Counted from the stretch's first letter, positions 1 through 10,347 are shown. The stretch is 64,000 nucleotides of DNA from Bacteroidales bacterium (GCA_049512815.1 JBEKWS010000012.1:58702-122701), one strand, 5' to 3'. The notes: generated by a model not told the origin, from the sequence alone. Program-made: numbers and translations.

Positions 1-759
1 GCAGCAGCAGGGTATCTTGAAAAGGCCGAAAATGGTACGACTGATATGCGTAGGCCTGAATTCCGTAGAATGGCTATTGACACGGCTATAGTAATAGGCT
101 TGGGTCGGTTTTTTGCCGCCAAAATACGTTCAGGCGTGTTATTCGGGATTTACCAGCAGAGCGGCGATAAATCAGCACTTGGAGAATCGCTCAGCCTTTA
201 TAGGAAAGCACGCGATTTCTGGGCTGATCTGTCAGAACGGGCAAGAGTTATTTATAAGCCTGATATTACGATTGGTGAGAATCCTGTAATTCGAGGGCAT
301 TGGCTTGACAGGCTGCCGACTATTGACAAGGATATTGATTTTATGGCAGGATTACTTGAAAATGTTCCTTCCGAATCCGGCTCAGGGAAAGAAGCGGTAA
401 AAGTTGCTGTCGGGGAAGCAATCGGAAGGCCTGTCAGAACCAAAATATCCGTGAAACATCCCAGACCTGTAGGATATAAACCAGGGAATCCCATAAACAT
501 TGAAATATCTCTGGACATGAAACCTTCAACTGTACTGATGCATTATCGTCATGTTAATCATGCCGAGAGATTCATAACCTCAAAGATGACATTGATTGGC
601 AGCTCATACAAGGCAACAATCCCGGTTGATTATACAAGGTCAGATTACCCGTTACAATATTATTTTGAATTTAAAGATGAGCATGGGAAAGCGTGGCTTT
701 ATCCGGGGTTCAGTGAAAATCTGGATAATCAACCTTACTTTATTTTGCGAAATGTATAA
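1..759 (+). CDS. C-terminal fragment of a larger protein of unknown function (5' end lies outside the window)
   Basis: Frame 1 is open from nt 1 (AAAGYLEKAENGTTDMRRPEF...) to the TAA at 757-759, so the listed ATG at 46 is internal. No family motif recognised. It lies 15 nt upstream of, and co-oriented with, a glycoside hydrolase gene. Confidence 0.5.
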   Translation, partial: AAAGYLEKAENGTTDMRRPEFRRMAIDTAIVIGLGRFFAAKIRSGVLFGIYQQSGDKSALGESLSLYRKARDFWADLSERARVIYKPDITIGENPVIRGHWLDRLPTIDKDIDFMAGLLENVPSESGSGKEAVKVAVGEAIGRPVRTKISVKHPRPVGYKPGNPINIEISLDMKPSTVLMHYRHVNHAERFITSKMTLIGSSYKATIPVDYTRSDYPLQYYFEFKDEHGKAWLYPGFSENLDNQPYFILRNV

Positions 760-774
760 TTCAGAAATGGGAAA

Positions 775-2493
775 ATGATTAAAAAACCAATATACCAGGA
801 TATTGCTGTCAGATTATGTATAGGGCTGATAATAATAGGGAGTAGTATCAGAGCATTTGCGCAGACAACCTGGAATCAGTCCAATCCGTATACCGTAGTT
901 TTAAAAGTTGATCTGACTGTTGAGACTGGCAAGATGAATCCTGCATGGGCCTGGTTCGGATATGATGAACCTAATTACACCTATATGAAAGACGGTAAAA
1001 AACTTCTTTCTGAAATTGCAGGGTTTAGTCCGGTTCCTGTTTATGTCCGGACACACTACCTCCTAACAACAGGTGATGGCTCAGCATCATTGAAATGGGG
1101 ATCTACAAATGTCTATACAGAGGATAAGAATGGCAATCCGGTTTATGAATGGACAATAATTGATAAAATTTTTGATACATTTATTGAAAGAGGCATGAAA
1201 CCTCTTGTTGAACTTGGTTTTATGCCTGAAGCATTGTCTACCAATCCTATCCCCTACAGGCATTCCTGGCCTGAAACATTCTCCACTGGCTGGGCATATC
1301 CTCCAAAGGATTATGATAAATGGGCAGAACTGGTATCTCAGCTTACAATTCATTGTATATCGAGGTATGGACTAAACGAGGTTGAAAGTTGGTATTGGGA
1401 AGTTTGGAATGAACCAAACATCAATTATTGGAATGGTTCAATGGAGGAATATTTTAAAATGTACGACTTTGCCTCCTGGGCGGTAAAAAAAGCATGCCCT
1501 AATGCCAAAATCGGAGGCCCTCATACTACAAGTCCAAGAGATAACAATGCTGCCAGTTGGCTGAAAAGTTTTATCGATCACTGTATAAATGGTAAAAACT
1601 TTAAAACAGGACAAAAAGGGTCTCCTCTCAATTATATAGGTTTTCATGCGAAAGGATCACCCAAAATTGTTGACGGACATGTTCAGATGAATATTAATCT
1701 TCAGTTGCAGGATATATCCAAAGGATTTGAAATTGTTTCATCATTTCCGGAAATCAGGGATCTTCCTGTAATAATAGGTGAGTCCGATCCGGAAGGATGT
1801 GCAGCCTGCTCTATGACCAGAAATCCCTCAAACAGCTATAGAAACGGGACCCTTTATTCAAGCTATGAAGCAGCTGTATTTGCCAGAGAGTATGCTCTTG
1901 CTGATTTTTTTAAGGTAAATTTCATAGGTGCAGTTACCTGGGCATTTGAGTTTGAAGATCAACGATGGTTTGACGGATTCCGTGATTTAGCTACCAACGG
2001 TGTTGATAAACCTGTTTTAAATATTTTTCGGATGTTTGGCATGATGAGTGGAACCAGGGTGGCCGTTTTAGGTGGAGTCTACGATCCCTTTATGATACGT
2101 GATTCGGGAGTGAAAGCCATTTCTCCGGATATTAATGCACTGGCATCCAAAGATAAAAACGGAGTATCCATTATGGTATGGAATTATCACGATGACGACC
2201 TGCCTGCAAAGGCATCACAGGTCAGAATAGATATTTCGGGTTTGCCTTCTTCAAAAGTCCTGGTTCATGAATACCGAATTGATAAGGAAACCAGTAATTC
2301 CTATGAAGTATGGAAAAATATGGGTTCACCTCAAAATCCGACCTCTGAACAGTATGAAACTCTAGCAGATGCAGGCGCTCTTAAATTGTTTACGTCTCCT
2401 TTCCTGATAGATCCGGAGAACGGAGCGATAAATCTGTCACTGAATCTTCCCAGACAGGGGGTATCTCTTTTCAGGCTTATTCTGCAAAAGTGA
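775..2493 (+). CDS. Secreted clan GH-A glycoside hydrolase, GH39-like
   Basis: ATG start. Signal-like N-terminus (LCIGLIIIGSSIRAFAQ). Acid/base-type motif WYWEVWNEPN, later IIGESDPEG. The family assignment is from memory of GH39-type enzymes only. Confidence 0.6.
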   Translation: MIKKPIYQDIAVRLCIGLIIIGSSIRAFAQTTWNQSNPYTVVLKVDLTVETGKMNPAWAWFGYDEPNYTYMKDGKKLLSEIAGFSPVPVYVRTHYLLTTGDGSASLKWGSTNVYTEDKNGNPVYEWTIIDKIFDTFIERGMKPLVELGFMPEALSTNPIPYRHSWPETFSTGWAYPPKDYDKWAELVSQLTIHCISRYGLNEVESWYWEVWNEPNINYWNGSMEEYFKMYDFASWAVKKACPNAKIGGPHTTSPRDNNAASWLKSFIDHCINGKNFKTGQKGSPLNYIGFHAKGSPKIVDGHVQMNINLQLQDISKGFEIVSSFPEIRDLPVIIGESDPEGCAACSMTRNPSNSYRNGTLYSSYEAAVFAREYALADFFKVNFIGAVTWAFEFEDQRWFDGFRDLATNGVDKPVLNIFRMFGMMSGTRVAVLGGVYDPFMIRDSGVKAISPDINALASKDKNGVSIMVWNYHDDDLPAKASQVRIDISGLPSSKVLVHEYRIDKETSNSYEVWKNMGSPQNPTSEQYETLADAGALKLFTSPFLIDPENGAINLSLNLPRQGVSLFRLILQK

Positions 2494-2607
2494 TTATCTG
2501 ATGATTATTTTTAATGCTATATTATTTTCACTTTTCAGGTATATTAATCAGCACAGTATATTTCTAACTTTAAAAGCTGTTCTTCATCAAATTCCAAACA
2601 TAAACCA

Positions 2608-4776
2608 ATGAAAAAGGCTATAATTTATCTTTCAATGTTTTTGGTGATGGGCTTGATTTTTTATGGCTGTGCTCCAAAAGTCAAATTTGATGATGCCGCA
2701 GCTACTATTCAAATCGATGCTGCGAAAGTTGTTTCTGATGTTGGTCCACTGATGTACGGGCTTATGACAGAGGAGATCAACTACTCTTACGACGGAGGGC
2801 TCTATGCGGAATTGATTCGTAACCGAACGTTCCAATCGCCTGCTCCCGTGGCACGGGGGTTTCAGAGGCCGCGGCTGCAACCAGCAGCCCCTCATGATGT
2901 TCAGTCACAACAGCATGTAAAGCCTGTTTCCGGACAGCAGGTTCTTCCTGCCATTCCCGACCGGGTTCCCAGGGGCAACCCTCAGCAAGAACAACGCCCG
3001 CAATTTCCTCCTCAACAGCTGAACCCTAGCGCAGTTATAACAGACACGGCTGTAAAATATGTAAAGGGCCTTTATTACTGGAACCTGATTGCCGAAGGTG
3101 ACGCAAAGGTATCAATTGCTCAGGATAGTATTCCACAGGAAGGTACAGCCCTGACTAAATGTCTTCGTCTTGATGTAACAGCTGTTAATAACTCAAACCG
3201 TGCCGGTTTCTCCAATGAAGGATATTGGGGGATCCCTGTTAAACCAAATACTAGGTACAAAGCCTCCTTCTATGCAAAATCAGCTCCTGGATTCAACAGC
3301 CCTGTTTACGTGACAATAGAGAGCAACGATCGCAAAACCATTTATGCAAATGGAACAGTGGAAAGCATCTCCGGCGAATGGAAAAAATATACTCTTTCCC
3401 TTAATACAGCGGATTTAAAGGCGACTTCAGATGCCTGTTTATCAATAACAACTAAATCACCAGGTACCATATGGTTCAGTCTGGTTTCGCTCTTCCCTCC
3501 ATCATACAAAGACCGTCCCAACGGAAACCGTGCAGACATGATGACGCTTATGAGCCAGATGAAACCTGCTTTTCTGCGGTTCCCTGGGGGAAATTACCTG
3601 GAAGGCAATTCCCCCGATACGCGTTTCAACTGGGAAAAGATGATAGGTCCGGTTGAGGCACGTCCAACCCACTACAACGCTTCGTGGGGATATCATTCCG
3701 ACGATGGCATGGGTCTTCTGGAATTTATGTACTGGTGCGAGGATTTGGGAATGGAGCCGGTAGTAGTTGTTTTCGCAGGTCTCTATCTGGGTGGCAAATA
3801 TGAACCAGTAACTGGCGAACCGCTTCAGGTGTTAATAAAGGAAGCTCTTGAAGAGGTTGAATATCTCACCGGCAGACCTGACACCGAATGGGGTGCAAAA
3901 CGTATTGCTGACGGACGCAGGGAACCATTCAAACTTAAATATATTGAAATAGGCAATGAGGACTGGTTTGATGTCATGTCATACAATAATCGTTACACTG
4001 CATTTTACAAGGCCTTCAAAGAGAAATATCCCGGGCTTATTCTTATAGCTTCGGCAACCACGGTTAAATCAGTTATTCCCGACATGGTCGACCTTCATCA
4101 GTATATGAATGTAAGAAATTGTCTTGCGGAAGCTCATCGTTACGATGAATATGATCGCAAAATGCCGCCTGTAATAATCGGAGAGTATGCAACCAGAGAA
4201 GTTTCGCCAACTTCCAACTTTTATGGTGGTATCTGCGACGCTGCTTATCTGACCGGACTGGAACGTAATGCCGATGTTATCAAGATGACATGCTACGCTC
4301 CTAAATTCGTTAATGTCAACCCGGGCGGGATGCAGTGGACATCTGACCTGATGGGATACAACGGACTCAACTGCTACGGATCGCCTTCATTTTATGTTCA
4401 GGCTATGTTTTCAAAGAACATTGGAAACAAGCTCGTCAGCTCATCGATCACCAATGTTCCTATCGGAAAAGAAAACGGATTTGAAGAAATATTTTACAGT
4501 GTGACCAAAGAGAGTACCACAGGTAAACTCTACCTGAAAGTTGTAAATGTTTCGGGTGAACCGAAACTGCTACAGGTAGCTATTGACGGTATGAAGAAGA
4601 TAGCCTCGACAGCAAATATCACTCGTCTGTCAGCTGCAAAACTTACCGAAACCAACTCAATAGACAAGCCTGAGAAGATAATCCCGGTATTCTTTGTTGA
4701 AAAGGGATTCGGCAACAAATTCGTCTATAATCTACCTGCATATTCAGTTAACGTATTTGAACTTAAGGGAGAATAA
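2608..4776 (+). CDS. GH51 alpha-L-arabinofuranosidase (lipoprotein) with a P/Q-rich insertion
   Basis: Lipobox-like signal (LIFYGC). GH51 hallmarks GGLYAELIRNRTFQ, LRFPGGNYLEGN, acid/base YIEIGNEDW and nucleophile region VIIGEYA. Confidence 0.8.
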   Translation: MKKAIIYLSMFLVMGLIFYGCAPKVKFDDAAATIQIDAAKVVSDVGPLMYGLMTEEINYSYDGGLYAELIRNRTFQSPAPVARGFQRPRLQPAAPHDVQSQQHVKPVSGQQVLPAIPDRVPRGNPQQEQRPQFPPQQLNPSAVITDTAVKYVKGLYYWNLIAEGDAKVSIAQDSIPQEGTALTKCLRLDVTAVNNSNRAGFSNEGYWGIPVKPNTRYKASFYAKSAPGFNSPVYVTIESNDRKTIYANGTVESISGEWKKYTLSLNTADLKATSDACLSITTKSPGTIWFSLVSLFPPSYKDRPNGNRADMMTLMSQMKPAFLRFPGGNYLEGNSPDTRFNWEKMIGPVEARPTHYNASWGYHSDDGMGLLEFMYWCEDLGMEPVVVVFAGLYLGGKYEPVTGEPLQVLIKEALEEVEYLTGRPDTEWGAKRIADGRREPFKLKYIEIGNEDWFDVMSYNNRYTAFYKAFKEKYPGLILIASATTVKSVIPDMVDLHQYMNVRNCLAEAHRYDEYDRKMPPVIIGEYATREVSPTSNFYGGICDAAYLTGLERNADVIKMTCYAPKFVNVNPGGMQWTSDLMGYNGLNCYGSPSFYVQAMFSKNIGNKLVSSSITNVPIGKENGFEEIFYSVTKESTTGKLYLKVVNVSGEPKLLQVAIDGMKKIASTANITRLSAAKLTETNSIDKPEKIIPVFFVEKGFGNKFVYNLPAYSVNVFELKGE

Positions 4777-4837
4777 TTTTGATAAGAAAATATTAAGTCT
4801 TGTAAATACAACTAGTAACTAATTATATCAGTCTAAT

Positions 4838-7339
4838 ATGAAAAAAATATTTCTATTTGTTGTGGCAGTAATAGTTTGTGGTATGATTTCCGGACAGGAA
4901 GCCCAGAAAGTAAAAATAAACATCAAGTCGGGGGCACCTTCAGGAATAATTGATTCCAAGATTTACGGCCAGCTTTTTGAGCATATCTATTTCTCAGCCG
5001 ACGGTGGATTGTGGGGTGAAATGATAGCCGAACGCTCGTTTGAGCCAGAGCAGTATCCGGGAATCTCCCCGCGCGAAGGATTTTTCGATGGATGGTATGA
5101 AGATGACGAAAATGTACTTCATTCCCCAACCCTAATGGAGCAGCCTATGCCCTTGGTGACGACTGAAAGTGACAACTTTGTATTAAGTACAGATATAAAA
5201 TGGCGAGGATACAAACTCGCCCGGCATATGTGGAGTGGTGGTTATGCAGATATGAGGGTGTTTTTCAGAAAGGAATCAAATGGTATAAATTATCGCTTCC
5301 GGCTGCACGACCCACAGTATGAATCTGCAAATCCTTTTAGTCAGCAGCAATTGCCTAAGATAGCCTCATTTGCTATAGAGAAGGATACATTGACTGAACG
5401 CCGTGGCCGGGATGGAAAAACCACAACAATTACCATCTGGAAACCCGTTAAGAGTGTAGATGTGAAACCAGGTCAGATTGATGTGGCTGAGCAGTGGCAT
5501 AATCTGCGAATTGATTGCAAGGGTAAAACTGTAATAGTTTTCTGGGATAACAAACAGGTCTTAAAATACAGTGATCTGGGCAGCAGTGAACCAAAGAATA
5601 ATTTGGCATTCGGTGTAAATTATACAGCCGCTCAATATAAAAATATCAAAATTGCTTCTGATGACGGTAAGAATATATATCTGGATGGCATACCGGAGGT
5701 GGTAAAAAATCCACCAGTGGCTCCACAGTGGAAATCTTTTGGTAATGGTAAATTTGAAATGGTGAAAGGTGATGCTGTTAATATGAAATATTCCCAGAAG
5801 ATAACAGCTGGAACAGAATTATCAGGTGTTTTGCAGGGACCTTTTTCAATAAGGAAAGGTGAAGTTTATTCAGGTTCGTTATGGGCTAAGGGAGATGGTA
5901 ATGCTGAATTGACAATAGGTTTTATATCAGGAGTTAAAAATGTTGCAGCACAAGTGATGGGTAAACCCGGTACCGGGTGGAAGAAATATGAATTTTCACT
6001 CGAAGCGATAGGTTATGAAGGTGATGCTGATTTAGCCATCGGTGTAAAAGGTGGGAGCCTTCAGGTTGACCAGGTCAGTATGATGTCGCATTCTGCAATC
6101 AGTCTCGGCGGTTTCAGACCTGATATCTATAAAGCTGTAAAACAACTTGGTCCGACCAATCTCCGCTGGCCCGGAGGAGGTTATGCCGCACAGTATAGCT
6201 GGAAGTGGGGTGTTGGTCCTCAGGAAGAACGTACTCGCTGGCCTCACTATATGTGGATGGATTACGATCAGAATGAATTCGGAACTGATGAATTTATTCA
6301 ACTCTGCCGTCTGATTAATTCCACCCCGGTAATTGTTGTACGTATCGGTTTTGACAGACCTGATTCGGAACATGCAATGATACTGCAGGAAGCCGTTGAC
6401 TGGGTGGCCTATTGTAATGAGCCTGCCACCGGTAAATGGGGCAATAAAAGGGCAGCAAACGGACACCAGGAACCATATAACGTTAAGTATTGGGAGATAG
6501 ACAATGAGATGTGGGAATATGGAATTGAAAAATATGAGGCCGCTGTCCGAGAGTTTTCCACAGCCATGCGGAAAGTAGATCCAAATATTAAAATCATTGT
6601 TTGCGGAGCGTTTGGGAATACCACGGACAAGGAGTTCATTAATCGTTCAGGAAATTATTTTGATTATATAAGCCTTCATCATTATGAGGGTGAAAACGGA
6701 TATGCGACAGGTCCGGCAAGACTCGCCGCACAGTATGATCAGTATGCCGAAATGATTGCTAATGGCCCCAATCCAAATATTAAACTCTATATATCAGAAT
6801 GGAATCTTAATAGTATCGACTGGCGTACAGGATTGTTTGCCGGCGGATTTTTGAACATATGTGAGCATCGTCCAGTGGTTGAAATGGGGGCTGCAGCACT
6901 GTTTATCCGTCGTACTGACGCTCCCGCATGGAACAATGCTTTTATCAATTTTGATTATAAAGGACTTTTCGTAGCGCCAAATTACATTGTTACCAAACTA
7001 TGGCACGATAATTTCTCGAAATACCGTCTGTCCTATACAGGTGAAACAGGCGGCTTGAGTATCATGACCACTCTCTCCGAAAACGGTAAAAATGTCATTG
7101 TTAAAATTGTTAACCCAACTGAGAATGCTTACGACCTGACAATCGGCGGAGACTGGAAATCGTTAACCTGTGCCGGATACGAATTTATTGCTCCTGGTTC
7201 GCTGAAAGCAGCAAATTCTATGGAATCGCCACATGCAGTGTCAGTTGAAGAGAAGGAAATAACTCCTGCCCAGAATGAAGTAATAATGAATGTTGTACCC
7301 TATTCAGCCGGAGTCATAACTCTGACAAAAGGATTTTAA
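4838..7339 (+). CDS. GH51-like arabinofuranosidase with N-terminal lectin/DUF1080-like and CBM-like modules
   Basis: Signal peptide. Catalytic module motifs LRWPGGGYA, YWEIDNEMW and LYISEWN. The N-terminal ~420 aa include WHNLRIDCKGKTVIVFWDNKQV, typical of DUF1080/concanavalin-like domains. Confidence 0.65.
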   Translation: MKKIFLFVVAVIVCGMISGQEAQKVKINIKSGAPSGIIDSKIYGQLFEHIYFSADGGLWGEMIAERSFEPEQYPGISPREGFFDGWYEDDENVLHSPTLMEQPMPLVTTESDNFVLSTDIKWRGYKLARHMWSGGYADMRVFFRKESNGINYRFRLHDPQYESANPFSQQQLPKIASFAIEKDTLTERRGRDGKTTTITIWKPVKSVDVKPGQIDVAEQWHNLRIDCKGKTVIVFWDNKQVLKYSDLGSSEPKNNLAFGVNYTAAQYKNIKIASDDGKNIYLDGIPEVVKNPPVAPQWKSFGNGKFEMVKGDAVNMKYSQKITAGTELSGVLQGPFSIRKGEVYSGSLWAKGDGNAELTIGFISGVKNVAAQVMGKPGTGWKKYEFSLEAIGYEGDADLAIGVKGGSLQVDQVSMMSHSAISLGGFRPDIYKAVKQLGPTNLRWPGGGYAAQYSWKWGVGPQEERTRWPHYMWMDYDQNEFGTDEFIQLCRLINSTPVIVVRIGFDRPDSEHAMILQEAVDWVAYCNEPATGKWGNKRAANGHQEPYNVKYWEIDNEMWEYGIEKYEAAVREFSTAMRKVDPNIKIIVCGAFGNTTDKEFINRSGNYFDYISLHHYEGENGYATGPARLAAQYDQYAEMIANGPNPNIKLYISEWNLNSIDWRTGLFAGGFLNICEHRPVVEMGAAALFIRRTDAPAWNNAFINFDYKGLFVAPNYIVTKLWHDNFSKYRLSYTGETGGLSIMTTLSENGKNVIVKIVNPTENAYDLTIGGDWKSLTCAGYEFIAPGSLKAANSMESPHAVSVEEKEITPAQNEVIMNVVPYSAGVITLTKGF

Positions 7340-7397
7340 GAGAGGGCAAATTCTTCTTATATAGTTTATACCCTACGTGGCGGGTAAAACAACAAAT

Positions 7398-7428
7398 CCG
7401 TGACGCTTAGCGCTATGGCTTTTTCTTT
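7398..7428 (+). terminator. Possible intrinsic terminator after the GH51-like gene
   Basis: Imperfect hairpin CCGTGACGC-TTA-GCGCTATGG (two G:U pairs, one mismatch) followed by CTTTTTCTTT, ~60 nt after the stop codon. Confidence 0.3.
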
Positions 7429-7517
7429 AATGACAACAGGTTTGAAATATCTGATCGGCCTCTTTTTACCGATATTGGAAGCATTAATTATCTTTTGGAC
7501 ATTATCTCAATAATAAA

Positions 7518-8126
7518 ATGATGATGCACAAAGACTTGACTGAAATTGGGAAAAGAAGTAAATTTGGGATTATGGTAAAAGGTCTGGACTCCGGATTTTT
7601 TTTGCTTCTTGTTTTTTCAGGCTTTATGTTTTGTACTTGTGAAAAACAAGGAAGATATGATTTATTCCCACTTAAAGTAGGGAATGAATTTTATTATAAA
7701 TATAGCAAGTCTCGTTATACTGGAATTTATGCTTATACAAATGGGACTGAAACATGGAAGGTAGTATCTGAATCATTACGAGGGAATTCAAATATTTACC
7801 TCATTGAACGCAAATTGAATGCAACACTTAAAGTTGCTGGCCAGACATTCACCATAACAGATAGTTTACAATACTTTGAGATAAGTGAAGATAAATCTTC
7901 ATCATTGATATCAACTTCCTCAATGATATTATTCCTGAATATTAGTTTTAAAAGATATGATAATGATCTTCAGATAGAAATAAAACAAGAAAGTCATTCA
8001 AATACAGAGGGTTGGAGTTATTTGTTTAAGGCAGACAGCGGTCTGACTAAATATACTTATTATCATCCGCCGAATCAGATTACTAACGAATCATTGACTT
8101 TGGACAGTCTAAAGTTAATTCTTTAA
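7518..8126 (+). CDS. Hypothetical lipoprotein
   Basis: ORF with an internal Met at 7572 followed by a signal/lipobox-like segment (FFLLLVFSGFMFCTC). No recognisable domain. Confidence 0.45.
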   Translation: MMMHKDLTEIGKRSKFGIMVKGLDSGFFLLLVFSGFMFCTCEKQGRYDLFPLKVGNEFYYKYSKSRYTGIYAYTNGTETWKVVSESLRGNSNIYLIERKLNATLKVAGQTFTITDSLQYFEISEDKSSSLISTSSMILFLNISFKRYDNDLQIEIKQESHSNTEGWSYLFKADSGLTKYTYYHPPNQITNESLTLDSLKLIL

Positions 8127-8293
8127 AGTATGAAATACCTGGCATCTTTTACCTATCTTTAAATATGGTAAAATCAATCTTCAGTGACCAGATGCTTTAG
8201 AGTGAGAATAGATTGCAGGCTCCCTTCAGGTAGATGGCTTGTTGTCCCAACTCTGATCATAACTTAATAATAACTACATAACAGTCTGACAAT

Positions 8294-9895
8294 ATGAAAG
8301 TAAGATCATTGCATTTTCGGCCGCTTTTCACCTTGCTTCTTGTTTTTATATTTGTAATAGGATCTTCCCAATCCATTAATTATCACAATACGTATGAGGA
8401 CGAATTACCACGAAGTACTCCTGAGGAACAGGGCGTTCCTTCTGAGACCATCGCCCGGTTCTTTAAAATGATTGAAGAGAAAGGCTATGATGTGCACGGG
8501 TTGATGATGATCCGTCATGGAAAGGTTATCACGGAACACTGGTGGGCGCCATATGCTCCTCAATACCAGCATGCCATGTATTCGGCCACGAAGACCTTTA
8601 CAGGTGTTGCTGTCGGCTTTGCCGTCAGAGAAGGCCTGCTGAATATCGAAGACAAGGTAATCTCCTTTTTCCCCGATCTACTTCCCGATACGATTTCACC
8701 TCAACTGGCCAGACTCTCGGTCAGGCATCTGCTGACTATGTCGGTCGGTCATGCCTCAACCTCATATGCCGGTTCGGGCAACAGTCAGGTCCGTTCATTC
8801 CTGGCAGCACGTTTCGCGCATGAGCCCGGTACCTCTTTCGCTTATGACATTACTGCTTCTCACATGCTGTCGCACATCATCACCAAGGTTAGCGGCGTAT
8901 CGCTTTATGAGTACCTGAAACCGCGTCTTCTTGATCCGCTGGGAATTGAGGATGTTATCTGGGAAATGGATAACGATGGCTATAACATGGGTAACGGGGG
9001 TACTCATATGAAGACTTCGGATCTTGCCAAGATGGGTCTGTTCCTGATTAATAAAGGAAAATGGAACGGACAGCAACTTTTGGATCAGGCCTGGATCGAG
9101 GCAGCCACAACACCGCATATCTATCAGCATCGTGAAAGGACTCCGGAGGAGAATGAGAAGGCTGCTGACGATGGCTCGCAGGGATATGGCTATCAGATCT
9201 GGATGGGACGTCACCACTCTTACAGGGCCATTGGAGGACAGAACCAGCTGATTATGGTAATTCCTGAATACGATTTTATCCTGGTTTGCCACAGCAGCAT
9301 CGGGGATGAAGCCGGTTTCAATAAGCTGATTTACGATATGCTGCCAGCTATGAGCGATAAGAAACTCAAAGCTGACAAGTCGTTCAACCTGAAAGCTGCG
9401 ATTGCGGGATACGAAATCAAACGTCCGTTTGAAGGGCCCGGTACCAGCAAGGTTACAATGAGTACCCGGCGATATCGTTTGGAGGATAATGCCGCGGGCA
9501 TTCGTTCACTCCTTTTCCGCTTCGATGCCTCCGGGAACTGTTATCTTACTTTTATTACAGCCAGTGCCATCCATAATATTCCGTTTGGCCTCAACAGCTG
9601 GTTGTACGGGATGACTGACCGTACGCTCTCCATTGCCCGTACGGTTTATTCGAATACGATGGGAGTCACCCCGGTCCATACTGCAGGTATCTGCACCTGG
9701 ACAGCCGATAATCAGCTTTCAGCCTACTATCTTTCGATGTTTAATCCCGGCTCAGACGAGAATTTCCGGTTTACCTTCGATGGTGATCATCTGAAGATAG
9801 AGATCATTGCGCCATCCCGGCGCAGTCTGGGTCCTCCGGGTATGCAGCAGCCTGAACCGGTTAACCTTATCTTTACAGGAACGAAAATGGATTAG
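8294..9895 (+). CDS. Serine hydrolase of the beta-lactamase/esterase (class C-like) family with extra C-terminal domain
   Basis: Signal peptide. S-x-x-K motif in MYSATKTFTG. Overall length and order are typical of beta-lactamase-related esterases. Confidence 0.7.
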   Translation: MKVRSLHFRPLFTLLLVFIFVIGSSQSINYHNTYEDELPRSTPEEQGVPSETIARFFKMIEEKGYDVHGLMMIRHGKVITEHWWAPYAPQYQHAMYSATKTFTGVAVGFAVREGLLNIEDKVISFFPDLLPDTISPQLARLSVRHLLTMSVGHASTSYAGSGNSQVRSFLAARFAHEPGTSFAYDITASHMLSHIITKVSGVSLYEYLKPRLLDPLGIEDVIWEMDNDGYNMGNGGTHMKTSDLAKMGLFLINKGKWNGQQLLDQAWIEAATTPHIYQHRERTPEENEKAADDGSQGYGYQIWMGRHHSYRAIGGQNQLIMVIPEYDFILVCHSSIGDEAGFNKLIYDMLPAMSDKKLKADKSFNLKAAIAGYEIKRPFEGPGTSKVTMSTRRYRLEDNAAGIRSLLFRFDASGNCYLTFITASAIHNIPFGLNSWLYGMTDRTLSIARTVYSNTMGVTPVHTAGICTWTADNQLSAYYLSMFNPGSDENFRFTFDGDHLKIEIIAPSRRSLGPPGMQQPEPVNLIFTGTKMD

Positions 9896-10060
9896 TTAGG
9901 TTTCAGCGAAAGTAAATATCAATCTTTATTTATAAAGGTTGAAGTTACCCTGTTAACAAATAACTTTTATTCCGCTCCACCAGATTAGCCGGTTCTTATT
10001 AATACAATACATGGTTATTCCTGCATTTAATGTTGATGAAGCGGAGTGCGGATAATTTTA

Positions 10061-10140
10061 TGATCCTCTTTTTGGGGGGCATAACAAAGAAAATCCAAGC
10101 AATTCTGTCGCTTTTTTGGCAGGGCTTTTTCTTTGTATAC
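10061..10140. repeat. Copy of a short intergenic repeat family (TGATCC-T-run-GGGGGG / ACAAAGAAAA / hairpin / T-run)
   Basis: TGATCCTCTTTTTGGGGGGCATAACAAAGAAAATCC (10061-10096) resembles 22480-22514. The minus-strand reading of 10118-10136, ACAAAGAAAAAGCCCTGCC, is 18/19 identical to 22501-22519 and 17/19 to the minus-strand reading of 22613-22631. Confidence 0.45.
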
Positions 10141-10347
10141 AAGAGGTTTGGAATTATCCCATTTCTGATTATATTTGAATAACATTATACAGCAATTACG
10201 ATATTTTGTCTTTCCGGGAAAGAAATAATGTCTGTTACAGATGATGAATAAGATGTACTATTTTTAATAGAAATATTTATTTGTTTAAACTGTTGCCTAT
10301 CTTATAATTTATACAATTTCTAAACAATCAAAAACCTTAATGCTCCT

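Noticed and set aside
9970-9982. TTCCGCTCCACCA, which looks like a tRNA/tmRNA 3' acceptor end with CCA.
   Set aside because: No T-arm (GGTTCGAATCC-like) or other tRNA/tmRNA structure precedes it, and it does not match the 3' end of the tRNA-fMet in this window. Treated as chance.
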